Part shown: one piece after another, positions 19,577 through 28,437 of the stretch
Numbering within the stretch: position 1 is the first letter of the stretch
Layout of the letters: each line of letters begins with the position of its first letter
Source of the DNA: Myxococcota bacterium
GTDB lineage: Bacteria; Myxococcota_A; Polyangia; Nannocystales; Nannocystaceae
Length of the DNA: 64,000 bases
Reading direction: 5' to 3'
Assembly: GCA_039028615.1 (NCBI GenBank)
Contig: JBCCHT010000019.1
Location: 128,001-192,000, forward strand
The notes under the pieces: model-generated
Told to the model about the DNA's origin: nothing
The model's database searches: none
The model's input: only the letters and a program-made list of their open reading frames with translations
Program-made: the position numbers and the translations under genes

Positions 19577-21120
19577 GATATCTGGGTCTGCTGGGAAAAC
19601 CGAAGGACCACGAACTCGGCCGGCCTGACGGGGGCGATGCCGACGTCGAGGATCAGCACGCCCTGCGCGCGGGTCTGTGGCGGGTTGTTGTTCTCGTCGA
19701 CCGTGACGAAGAAGGCATCGCTCGCCTTTGTCCCCCACAGCGCCCCCTCCTGCCACAGGCCGGTCAGGAAGGAGGACACATCCGCGTGCAGCCGGGCCCG
19801 GGTTCGCTCGTCGTTGGACTCGAAGGCCACCCACTGCATGCTCTGCCGAATGCTCTGCTCGACATACAGCACCAACCGGCGAACGTTGACGTACACCCAG
19901 TCCAGCTCCCGAGACAGCGTCCGAGCGCCCCAGATCACTTCACCGTAGCCCGGCATAGTGCGCAGAGCATTGACGCCCTCGGGATTGAGCCGCTGCCCCT
20001 GCTCGTCGGTCACGTCGGTTTCGAATCCGCTCGCCAGCTGCAGCTGGCCATCGGTGACACCCGCGGGGGCCTTGTAGACCCCGACGTTGGTGTCGGTCGC
20101 CGCATAGCGTCCCAGCACCATGCCATCGGCCGGCACCAGGAGTGCCCGAGACGTCGTCGGGTGCAGCTGCCAAACCCAGGGGTAGTAGAGCGCCCCGAAG
20201 CCGGAGTCGAGCGGCTTCGCCCCGGGGCCGTAGCGCCCTTGCCGAAAATGCAGCACCTCGTCGACATCGAGGCCCGAGGGCGACGCGACCACCAGGAACA
20301 AACGCTGCGACTCCTGGCAATAATCCAGGGCGTCTCGGATGAGCGCCCCGTGAGCGGCCGAGTCGGCCTTGCCGTCCCCATCGACCGTGAGCGGAGCGTC
20401 GGGCAGGGCCAGCAGGCTGATGTCGTGGAACTCGTCGAGCGTTCGCACGGATTTCGACACGTCGCCGTCGGGCTCGGTGCCCCCGCTCAGCGTGGCCTCG
20501 CGCGAGTCCTCGGCAAGGGCCGCTTCCAAGCTCTCGACGCGAACGAACATCGACGTGTCGGTGACCTTCGCGGCCGCCAGGGCACCAGAACCACCGTCGA
20601 GCGCGTGTGATTCCAGCACGGTGTAGTCCTTGCCATCGTGAGCAACGGTCGGGCACCCGTTGCGTCGAGCGAACTGCGCCATGCGCCGCGCCGACAGCCC
20701 GGCGTCGTCCGCCTGGAGCAATGATGTCTCGACCAGGACGTCCAGCGAGGTCGTCGGTCCCTCGCCACTGAGCGAGACGCTCAGTGCATTGCCCCAGACT
20801 CCGGGCCCAGACGCGGTGACCTCGAACGCTCCCACCGTCGCCCGGGCCGCGGCCCCGTTCCCGTCGCTCGAGCGGACCACGTAGCAAATCGCTCCTCCGC
20901 TCGCGAAGAAGCCGTAGACCGCCCACGCGGTGAAGCTCGACCACCCAAGACCGCCGAAGGTCCGCGTGAACTCGTTCCAGCTCGTGACCAGGGTCGGCGT
21001 GTCCACGGGGCCGCTGTGTGTCGCGCCCACGAAGGCGGCCACGCTGGTGCTCGCGCCTTGGATCATGGTCTGCGATGGCACTTCGCTGATGTAGACGCCG
21101 GGGTACGAGGGACTCACCAT
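19573..21120 (-). CDS. Phage tail sheath family protein (eCIS/Afp-type)
   Basis: YPGVYISEV, AAFVG...GP...PTLVTSW.EF...FGG, LYYPW, GVYKAPAG, LNPEGVNALR, IWGARTL, YVNVRR, WVAFESND, APVRPAEFVV. Confidence 0.93.
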   Translation of the reverse strand: MVSPSYPGVYISEVPSQTMIQGASTSVAAFVGATHSGPVDTPTLVTSWNEFTRTFGGLGWSSFTAWAVYGFFASGGAICYVVRSSDGNGAAARATVGAFEVTASGPGVWGNALSVSLSGEGPTTSLDVLVETSLLQADDAGLSARRMAQFARRNGCPTVAHDGKDYTVLESHALDGGSGALAAAKVTDTSMFVRVESLEAALAEDSREATLSGGTEPDGDVSKSVRTLDEFHDISLLALPDAPLTVDGDGKADSAAHGALIRDALDYCQESQRLFLVVASPSGLDVDEVLHFRQGRYGPGAKPLDSGFGALYYPWVWQLHPTTSRALLVPADGMVLGRYAATDTNVGVYKAPAGVTDGQLQLASGFETDVTDEQGQRLNPEGVNALRTMPGYGEVIWGARTLSRELDWVYVNVRRLVLYVEQSIRQSMQWVAFESNDERTRARLHADVSSFLTGLWQEGALWGTKASDAFFVTVDENNNPPQTRAQGVLILDVGIAPVRPAEFVVLRFSQQTQIS

Positions 21121-21159
21121 CGTCCCCGATCGTACGCACCGCGGTGCGGCGGAACCACG

Positions 21160-21193
21160 AAAAAGCCGGCCGCGGTCGCCCGGGCCGGCTTTC
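21160..21193 (-). terminator. Rho-independent terminator of metK
   Basis: Minus strand AAAGCCGGCC-N11-GGCCGGCTTTTT. Confidence 0.75.
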
Positions 21194-21247
21194 ATTCGGC
21201 GCTGCACGGCCCGTGAAGGGCCGCAAACGCGATTGAGGACGTGCTCC

Positions 21248-22411
21248 CTAGAGCTCGGCCTTGAGGGCGTCGACGCGATCGCGGCGCTCCCAGTTGAAGC
21301 CGGCCTCGTCCTCGCGACCGAAGTGGCCGTAGGCCGCGGTGTTGCAGAAGATCGGCTTGAGCAGGTCGAGCTCGGCGATGAGGCGACCGGGGCGGGCGTC
21401 GAAGTGCTTGTCGACGATCTCGCTGAGGCGCGCGTCGGGGACCTTGCCGGTACCGAAGCTCTCGACGCGGATCGACACGGGCTTGGCCACGCCGATGGCG
21501 TAGGCGAGCTGGACCTCGCAGCGGGTGCAGAGCCCGGCGGCGACGAGGTTCTTGGCGATGTAGCGCGAGTAGTACGCGGCGGAGCGGTCGACCTTGGAGG
21601 GGTCCTTGCCCGAGAAGGCACCGCCGCCGTGACGACCCATGCCGCCGTAGGTGTCGACGATGATCTTGCGACCGGTGAGGCCGGAGTCACCCATGGGGCC
21701 GCCGATGACGAAGCGACCGGTCGGGTTCACGAAGTAGTTGGTGTTCGCGTCGAGGAGGTTCGTGGGGATGGTCGGCTTGATGACCTCCTCCATGATGAAC
21801 TCCTTGAGCGTGTCGTAGCTGACGTCCTCGCTGTGCTGCGTGGACACGACGACCGCGTCGACGCGCTGCGGCATGCCGTCGTCGCCGTACTCGACGGTGA
21901 CCTGGCTCTTGCCGTCCGGGCGAAGGAAGCTCTCTTTTTCCCGCTTGCGCACGTAGGTGAGCCGCCGGGTGAGCTTGTGCGCCAGGCTGATGGGCATCGG
22001 CATCAGCTCGTCGGTCTCGGTGCAGGCATAGCCGAACATCATGCCCTGGTCGCCCGCGCCCTGCTCGTCGGTGTAGACGCCCTTGCCGTCGACGCCGAGG
22101 GCGATGTCGGGGCTCTGGGCCTCGAGGGCCACGAGCACGCCGCAGCTGTCGGCGTCGAAGCCCATCTCCGAGCTCGTGTAGCCGATCTCGCGGATGGTCT
22201 TGCGCACGATCTCGGGCAGGTTGACGTAAGTGCTGGTCGTGACCTCGCCCGCCAGGTTGACGTAGCCGGTCTTCACCAGGGTCTCGCAGGCGACGCGACA
22301 AGTGGGGTCTTCGGCGATGATCGCATCGAGGACCGCATCGCTGATCTTGTCGCAGATCTTGTCGGGATGGCCTTCGGTTACGGACTCGCTGGTGAACAGG
22401 CTGCGCGACAT
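21248..22411 (-). CDS. metK: S-adenosylmethionine synthetase
   Basis: [66 protein letters not shown]. Confidence 0.98.
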   Translation of the reverse strand: MSRSLFTSESVTEGHPDKICDKISDAVLDAIIAEDPTCRVACETLVKTGYVNLAGEVTTSTYVNLPEIVRKTIREIGYTSSEMGFDADSCGVLVALEAQSPDIALGVDGKGVYTDEQGAGDQGMMFGYACTETDELMPMPISLAHKLTRRLTYVRKREKESFLRPDGKSQVTVEYGDDGMPQRVDAVVVSTQHSEDVSYDTLKEFIMEEVIKPTIPTNLLDANTNYFVNPTGRFVIGGPMGDSGLTGRKIIVDTYGGMGRHGGGAFSGKDPSKVDRSAAYYSRYIAKNLVAAGLCTRCEVQLAYAIGVAKPVSIRVESFGTGKVPDARLSEIVDKHFDARPGRLIAELDLLKPIFCNTAAYGHFGREDEAGFNWERRDRVDALKAEL

Positions 22412-22555
22412 GACGACGAATCTCCTCAGCTCGAAAACATGCGGTGGGAAGGCGGCGCGTGAGTGTGAAAGACGCGCTCCGGCTCCACCGGAAGCGGGAC
22501 AATAGGCCGCGGTCCGGCGCAGGGGCAAGACGCGAAACCGACCCCGCGCCGTGCG

Positions 22556-23743
22556 TCAGCGAGGCGCCGGCTTGGGCTCGAAAACCCGGACCTCAACCAA
22601 GATTGGAGCTTCCTCACCATCGTCGCCGGTCGTGCCCGAGCCGGTGTCGGTGCCGGTCGAGCCGCCCTCGGTCTCGCCGTAGGTCTCCTCGTCGTCGTCC
22701 GGCAGCTCCACGAAGAGCATCGCCGTACTCTCGGCAATCTCCGTGGTAATCGCGGTCGGCACCGACGGATCGGCTTTTACGCAGGCGCGCTCTTCGGCCG
22801 GGCCACAGCCGGGGCTGCGAATCGCGAAGCCGAGCTCGGGCCGGTCACCGCGCACTTCGAGGCCGTAAGGCCCCGAGCCGGGCATGACCAGACGCAGGAC
22901 CCGCTCGCGCTGGCGGGCTCCCCCACACGAGTGGGCGTGAGCATCGGTGTGGAGGGTGACCGGATCGATCTCGACCCAGTTGGAGCCCTCGGCCAGCTCG
23001 AGCGAGACGGCCGAGTCGCAGGTGTCGGCCTCGATCGCCGTGCACACGGCGGGCCCCGGCTGCCCCTGGGGATCGTCTTCCGGCGGCGGCGTGGGCAGAC
23101 ACGCCGCGCCCGAGGTGCAGCGGCCTCGACCCTCGGGCTCGCAGGCGTCGCCGATCTCCAGCACGTTCCGCAGCTTCACCTCGAGCGAGAAGCTCAAGGG
23201 ATCGGGCCCGGCGGTGGGCGGCGGCAGACCGAGGATGGGGTGATCCCCATCGATGCCCACCGCGACCACCAAGCTCGACCCCGCCGCGACATCGAGCAAC
23301 CACGTGCCCGCGCCATGGTCGCAGTGCAGCTGCCGGGTATCCCATTCGTCGACGCAGGCGTGGGGCAGCACGCCGACGCGCGGGGAAAAGCCCGAGCCGA
23401 GCCCACGCAATTGTACGTCGCTTCGCCGCGGAACCTCGAGGCGGAAGAACGCATCGGGACCGCCTTCGCCACACGCTCCGCCCAAGCTCACCGCATGCGC
23501 CCGCAACGAGCCGTAGTGCGTGCCTGCCCCCACGATGGGAGCGAGCGCGCACAGGTCCGAGCCCTCTTGCGTCGGCGGCTCGACCTCTCCCGTGCTCGTG
23601 CCGTCGGCGGGACCGGTCGTGCCCAGGTTCATCACCGTGGTCACCTCGCCGGCTTCATCGTCTCCACCGCAGCCGAGCGACGGCAGGGCTCCCGCCGCCA
23701 CCGCGAGCGCCAGCCCGAGCCGGGGAGAGACTCGTCGTCGCAT
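22556..23743 (-). CDS. Hypothetical Cys-containing lipoprotein
   Basis: Lipobox SLGC; paired Cys domains; acidic S/T/G linker. Confidence 0.65.
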   Translation of the reverse strand: MRRRVSPRLGLALAVAAGALPSLGCGGDDEAGEVTTVMNLGTTGPADGTSTGEVEPPTQEGSDLCALAPIVGAGTHYGSLRAHAVSLGGACGEGGPDAFFRLEVPRRSDVQLRGLGSGFSPRVGVLPHACVDEWDTRQLHCDHGAGTWLLDVAAGSSLVVAVGIDGDHPILGLPPPTAGPDPLSFSLEVKLRNVLEIGDACEPEGRGRCTSGAACLPTPPPEDDPQGQPGPAVCTAIEADTCDSAVSLELAEGSNWVEIDPVTLHTDAHAHSCGGARQRERVLRLVMPGSGPYGLEVRGDRPELGFAIRSPGCGPAEERACVKADPSVPTAITTEIAESTAMLFVELPDDDEETYGETEGGSTGTDTGSGTTGDDGEEAPILVEVRVFEPKPAPR

Positions 23744-23816
23744 GCGGGTGGACCGCGCATCAGCAGGCGCCATCGAGGTCAGCGTAGCAGGGCCAGCCCC
23801 GTGTTAGCGTCCGCGC

Positions 23817-25118
23817 ATGACCGGACCCTTTGGGGGACTGCCACGCATCGACCTGCGCCCCGGAAACGACGGCGCAGCCGCCTGGCGCAATCGCTGTGCC
23901 CGCGCCGCGGGCCTGGCGGGGGAGGCGGATGCCGCCGCTCGCCAGATCATCGCCCAGATCCGTGACCGCGGGGACGCAGCGCTGATCGAGCTGACCGAGC
24001 GATTCGAGCATCGGACCCTGACCCCGGCCGACATCGAGGTCAGCGCCGAGCGGCGCGCCACGGCGAGCGAGTCCGTGAGCCCGGACGTCCGCGCCGCGCT
24101 CGAGCTGGCCGCCCGCCGGGTCCGCGAGTTCCATCAGACCCAGGTCCACGCCACCACCGGGCTCGAGCACGGCGGGTCGCGCCTGCACAGCCGGGTCGCC
24201 CCGCTGCGCACGGTCGCCGTCTATGCCCCCGGGGGCACCGCCGCCTACCCGTCGTCGGTGCTGATGGCGGGCATCCCCGCGAAGGTGGCCGGCGTGGACG
24301 AGGTCCTGCTGCTCACCCCGCGAGCCACCGACGTCGTCCTCTTGGCGGCCGAGATGGCCGGGATCGATCGCATCTTCGAGGTCGGTGGGGCCCAAGCCAT
24401 CGCCGCGGCTGCGCTCGGCACCGACACCATCCCGCGCGTCGACAAGATCGTGGGACCGGGCAACGCCTACGTCACCGCCGCCAAGCGCCAGGTCTTCGGC
24501 CTCTGCGACATCGATGGCATCGCCGGGCCCAGCGAGATCCTGGTGGTCGCGGACGACAGCGCCGACCCGGCCCTGGTCGCAGCCGACCTCATCAGCCAGG
24601 CGGAGCACGATCGGCTCGCGTGTGCGGTGCTCGTGACCGACCACCCGCCGCTGGTCGACGCCACCGATCGGGCCCTGACCGAGCAGCTCGCCGACCTGCC
24701 GCGCACCGACATCGCCACCGAAGCGCTCACCGAGCACGGCGCGGCGGTGATCGTGGCCGACCGCGAGGCCATGGCCCGCGCCGCCGACGAGTATGCGCCC
24801 GAGCACCTCGAGCTGTTGGTGCGCGAGCCCGATGCGATGGCCGAAGGCCTGCGGGGCGCGGGGGCGATCTTCGTCGGTCCGTGGACGCCCGAGGCCGCGG
24901 GGGACTACACCGCGGGACCCAGCCACGTTTTGCCCACCGCGGGCGCGGCCCGCTTCGGCTCTCCGCTGGGCGTGTGGGACTTCGTCAAGCACACCAGCGT
25001 GCTGGCCCTCGACGAGGCCGCGCTGCGGGCCCAAGCCGAGGCCATCGTCACCCTGGCCCGCGCCGAAGGCCTCGAAGGCCACGCCCGCGCCGTCGAGCGC
25101 CGACTCGACCGCAAGTGA
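23817..25118 (+). CDS. hisD: Histidinol dehydrogenase
   Basis: YAPGGTAAYPSSVLM, GGAQAIAA, KIVGPGNAYV, AGPSE, QAEHD, APEHL, GDYTAGPSHVLPT, EGLEGH. Confidence 0.97.
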   Translation: MTGPFGGLPRIDLRPGNDGAAAWRNRCARAAGLAGEADAAARQIIAQIRDRGDAALIELTERFEHRTLTPADIEVSAERRATASESVSPDVRAALELAARRVREFHQTQVHATTGLEHGGSRLHSRVAPLRTVAVYAPGGTAAYPSSVLMAGIPAKVAGVDEVLLLTPRATDVVLLAAEMAGIDRIFEVGGAQAIAAAALGTDTIPRVDKIVGPGNAYVTAAKRQVFGLCDIDGIAGPSEILVVADDSADPALVAADLISQAEHDRLACAVLVTDHPPLVDATDRALTEQLADLPRTDIATEALTEHGAAVIVADREAMARAADEYAPEHLELLVREPDAMAEGLRGAGAIFVGPWTPEAAGDYTAGPSHVLPTAGAARFGSPLGVWDFVKHTSVLALDEAALRAQAEAIVTLARAEGLEGHARAVERRLDRK

Positions 25119-25125
25119 GGGGATC

Positions 25126-26238
25126 ATGAGCGATACCAACGATCTTCCCTGGGCCTCGCACTTGCGCTCCACGCTGGGTGCGCTGTCGATCTACGACGTC
25201 GCGCCCGCCGACGCCTCCAAGGCGCGGTTGCACGCCAACGAGTGCCCAGAGCCCTGGCCGGCCGAGGTCATGGAGGCCGCAGGCCAGCGCCTCGCCGAGC
25301 TCGAGCTCGGCCGCTATCCCGACACGTCGGGCCGACGACTGCGGGCCCTGCTCGGCCGGCGCCACGGCTGCGACCCCGAGCGCGTGGTGCTGGGCAACGG
25401 CAGCGACGAGATCATCTTCTTGCTGCTGATGGCCTTGTCCTCGCCCGAGCGCCCAGGGGTCATCGTGACGCCGGCCCCGACCTTCGTGATGTACGGCCAC
25501 ACCGCGAAGGTCCTCGGCATGGAGCTGCGCGAGGTCCTGCTCACCGAAGACCTCGAGCTGCCCGGAGCCGAGCTCGACGAGGCCCTCCGCGGCGCGACCA
25601 TCTGCTTCTTCGCCCGGCCCAACAACCCCACGGGCAACCTGTGGGACGAGGCTCGCATCCGTCGGCTCATCGCCGATCACCCCGACGTCATCTTCGTGAT
25701 CGACGAGGCTTACACCGCCTATGCCCCCGAGGGCAGCTCGATGTGGTCGCCGGACGGGCCGAGCAACCAAGTCCACATGGGCACCTTGTCCAAGGTGGGC
25801 CTGGCCGCGCTACGCCTGGGCTACTGCATCGCCCATCCCGCCCTGGCCCACGCCATGAATACGGTGCGGCACCCCTACAACGTGTCGCAGACCAGCCTGA
25901 GCCTGGCCGAGCTGGTGCTCGATCGCTTCGACGACGCGCAGAAGGCCATGGTGGCTCGAGCGCGCGACAATCGGGCCCGGCTCGCCGAGATTCTCGGTCG
26001 GATCCCCGGCGCCGAGGTGCTGCCCTCGGCCGCCAACCTCGTGCTCGTGCGCCTGGCCGAAGACGGCCACGCCCCTGCCCTGCGCGCCTACCTGGCCGAG
26101 CACGGCGTGCTGGTCAAAGACGTCAGCGGTCAGCCGCGTCTACAACGATGTCTGCGCGTGAGCGTCGGGACCGAGCCCGAGCTGCAGCGACTCGCCCGGG
26201 CCCTCGACGGTTGGAAGGGCCCCGCGGCGGCGGAGTGA
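25126..26238 (+). CDS. hisC: Histidinol-phosphate aminotransferase
   Basis: LHANE, RYPD, GNGSDE, PNNPTG, DEAY, TLSK...LRLGY, LRVSVG; adjacent to hisD. Confidence 0.93.
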   Translation: MSDTNDLPWASHLRSTLGALSIYDVAPADASKARLHANECPEPWPAEVMEAAGQRLAELELGRYPDTSGRRLRALLGRRHGCDPERVVLGNGSDEIIFLLLMALSSPERPGVIVTPAPTFVMYGHTAKVLGMELREVLLTEDLELPGAELDEALRGATICFFARPNNPTGNLWDEARIRRLIADHPDVIFVIDEAYTAYAPEGSSMWSPDGPSNQVHMGTLSKVGLAALRLGYCIAHPALAHAMNTVRHPYNVSQTSLSLAELVLDRFDDAQKAMVARARDNRARLAEILGRIPGAEVLPSAANLVLVRLAEDGHAPALRAYLAEHGVLVKDVSGQPRLQRCLRVSVGTEPELQRLARALDGWKGPAAAE

Positions 26239-26260
26239 TCCGCCGCCCCGCCGTGGGCGC

Positions 26261-26521
26261 TCAGGCGTCGGTGTCGAGCGAGTCGACCAGCGCGATGTAG
26301 GCCTGCTTGGCGTCGTCCTGAGAGGTGCCTTTGCGCTTCTCCCAGGCGTCCCACTTGGCCCGGCCGCGAATGTTGGTCATGCCGGGGCGCTTGCCCTGCA
26401 CGTCACCCTCGGAGCCTTGCTTGTACAGGGCGTACAGGTCCAACAGGGTGCCGTTGGGTGGCCGTTGGTCCAGAAGCTGCACCCGCTCGGCTGCGTACTT
26501 GAAGTCGTCGTCGAGGCTCAT
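26261..26521 (-). CDS. Acyl-CoA-binding protein (ACBP)
   Basis: LLDLYALYKQGSEGD...PG...RAKWDAW...G.S...AKQAYI. Confidence 0.92.
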   Translation of the reverse strand: MSLDDDFKYAAERVQLLDQRPPNGTLLDLYALYKQGSEGDVQGKRPGMTNIRGRAKWDAWEKRKGTSQDDAKQAYIALVDSLDTDA

Positions 26522-26607
26522 ATCCGAAGGTCCCTTCCCTTGGAGGCAGGTGTACACCGCGGGGCCGCTCGATTGGAAGAACGATCTCGGTGCGATAAAC
26601 CTCTCGG

Positions 26608-27675
26608 GTGGACCACAAGAAGGGCTTGCCCCAAGAGCGGGCGGACCAGCTGCTGGTCAACGCGGCGCAGGGTCCCGGGTGGGCGCTGTGCATCGGCGCG
26701 GGGACCTCGCTGCCGATCTTCCCCGACTGGAACCGACTCGTACGCAACCTCATCGCACGCATCCACCCCGATCGAGCCGACGAACTCGCCAAGACCCTGA
26801 GTGCGGGCTTCGCCCCCGACTCGCTGATCCAGGCGGCGTCGATCTTGAACGAGGGGGGCCCCGAGCGCTTCGCCGCGCTCCTCACCGACGAGCTGTATCG
26901 AGACTTTCTCGATCACTTCGGGGAGGCCGAGCGCCAGCTGGTGGTCACCGCGCTGGCGGCCACGCGCCCCGGCGATCTCAGCTCCAAGAAGTGGACGCAG
27001 TTCTCGGACTTGCTGACCAAGCACTGGGGCGACGCCATGTCGTGCCTGGCCATCGCGCCCGTGATCAGCCGAGTGCTGGGTACGTCGCTGTCGCCATCGA
27101 GCATCCTGTCGTTCAACGCCGAGCCGCTGCTCTTCGCCGCCATCAATGCCCATCAGGCGAGCGCCGATCCGGCCGCTCCCCAGCGCATCGACCGGGTGGT
27201 CCGCGGCATCTCCAATCGCAACGTGGGGCGCGTCCCCTACGTGTTCTGTCACGGCTTGCTGCCCGTGCCCGACACCCACGCGTCACCGCTGAGCAGCTCG
27301 CCGGACACGCTCGTGTTCTCGGAGTCGGCCTATCTGCAGCTGGCCGCCAACCTTTACTCGTGGCAGGCCCACGCGTTCCTCGAGACCTGCGCCTCGCGGC
27401 GGGTCGTGTTCGTGGGGCTATCGCTCACCGACGCCAACATGCGCCGATGGCTGTCGTGGGTGCACGACAGCCGACTCGATGAACTTCGCCGCATCGACAG
27501 CCCCGCGAAGAGCTCGACCCAACACTTGTGGTTGAACTGTGCCCCGAACGACCCCGAGCTTCGCAAGTGGATCGAAGCGAGCGTCGCTCACCTCGGGGTG
27601 AGACTGGTGTGGCTGAACGGGTGGGACCAAGTGGGGCTCGTGCTAGCGCGGATGCTCAACCTCCCGTCGAGCTGA
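26608..27675 (+). CDS. SIR2-like (SIR2_2) NAD-binding domain protein
   Basis: CIGAGTS...PDW, ILSFNAEPLL, FCHGLL, LVFSESAY, VFVGLSLTDANMRRWL. Confidence 0.82.
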   Translation: MDHKKGLPQERADQLLVNAAQGPGWALCIGAGTSLPIFPDWNRLVRNLIARIHPDRADELAKTLSAGFAPDSLIQAASILNEGGPERFAALLTDELYRDFLDHFGEAERQLVVTALAATRPGDLSSKKWTQFSDLLTKHWGDAMSCLAIAPVISRVLGTSLSPSSILSFNAEPLLFAAINAHQASADPAAPQRIDRVVRGISNRNVGRVPYVFCHGLLPVPDTHASPLSSSPDTLVFSESAYLQLAANLYSWQAHAFLETCASRRVVFVGLSLTDANMRRWLSWVHDSRLDELRRIDSPAKSSTQHLWLNCAPNDPELRKWIEASVAHLGVRLVWLNGWDQVGLVLARMLNLPSS

Positions 27676-27697
27676 CCGCAGCACCCTCCACAAACGA

Positions 27698-28343
27698 CGA
27701 TGCGTTCCGGCCATGGACGCAGCTCGCTGACCGTCGATGGACATCGACGAGCACTGAGCCGAGTGCATGACCGGAACGCATCGCGCGGTGAGTCGTGCTC
27801 GGGTCGCGGAGTTGAACCGCTGAGCTTTAGCCCACAGGCCGAAGGCCTGCTGCCCTACCCAGGCTGCCCTAGCCACGACTCACCGCCGTGCCGTCGCAAA
27901 CCGATTCCACCGACCATGCCGGGGGTGTTGCGTATCGAAGGTCGTGATGAATCGGTTCGTTGTTGGTCTTCACGTTTCCCATGAGGGGATCACTGTGCTT
28001 TCTGGTCCAAATGGACCGCTGAGTTCGCAGGTTCCGGGCGTCGCCCGGAGGTCTGTGCAAGTCCAGTAGATTCATGGTTGGGTTCTTCTAACGGGTTAAG
28101 ACGTCGGAAATCGTTAATCGGTTCCCTCACATCCGTTTTTTAACCATTGGAAGATCTTCAACAATTTGCTTGGTCCCCCTGATGCATAGGCAATGGTAAC
28201 CCCGACATCCGGCCAACCGGATGCATTGAAAGTTCACCCTACAGGGGGCCCAGGGCCCACACAGGTCAGTTTACGCCCGACGAACTCCTCTTTGCCGTAC
28301 TCCTCCTCGTTGGCTGGTTGCACAGGATGCACGGCGACCGAGA
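27698..28343 (-). ncRNA. Candidate large structured non-coding RNA with a tRNA-like 3' domain (boundaries approximate)
   Basis: No credible ORF; lower GC; many nested helices whose G-U pairs favour the minus strand; long-range helix 28329-28337/27883-27891; T-loop GGTTCAACTCC. Confidence 0.5.
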
Positions 28344-28437
28344 AATTTTTACATAGCGGTCGCGCTCGACCTGTCGTTTCAGCCCAATCACCCAAAACGA
28401 TCGGCGAAGGGCCCATCGCCCCCGCGAGTTCGTTCGA

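Noticed and set aside
19573..21120. Prophage
   Set aside because: Only a sheath gene; no integrase, capsid, terminase or tube genes.
27798..27873. Canonical tRNA or tRNA-Sec gene
   Set aside because: No TCA anticodon, no U33, mismatched acceptor stem and no CCA; kept only as a tRNA-like domain.
27676..28437. tmRNA, RNase P RNA, retron msr-msd, or short protein genes
   Set aside because: Hallmark termini and motifs were not seen, there is no reverse transcriptase in the window, and the short ORFs lack the genome's codon bias.
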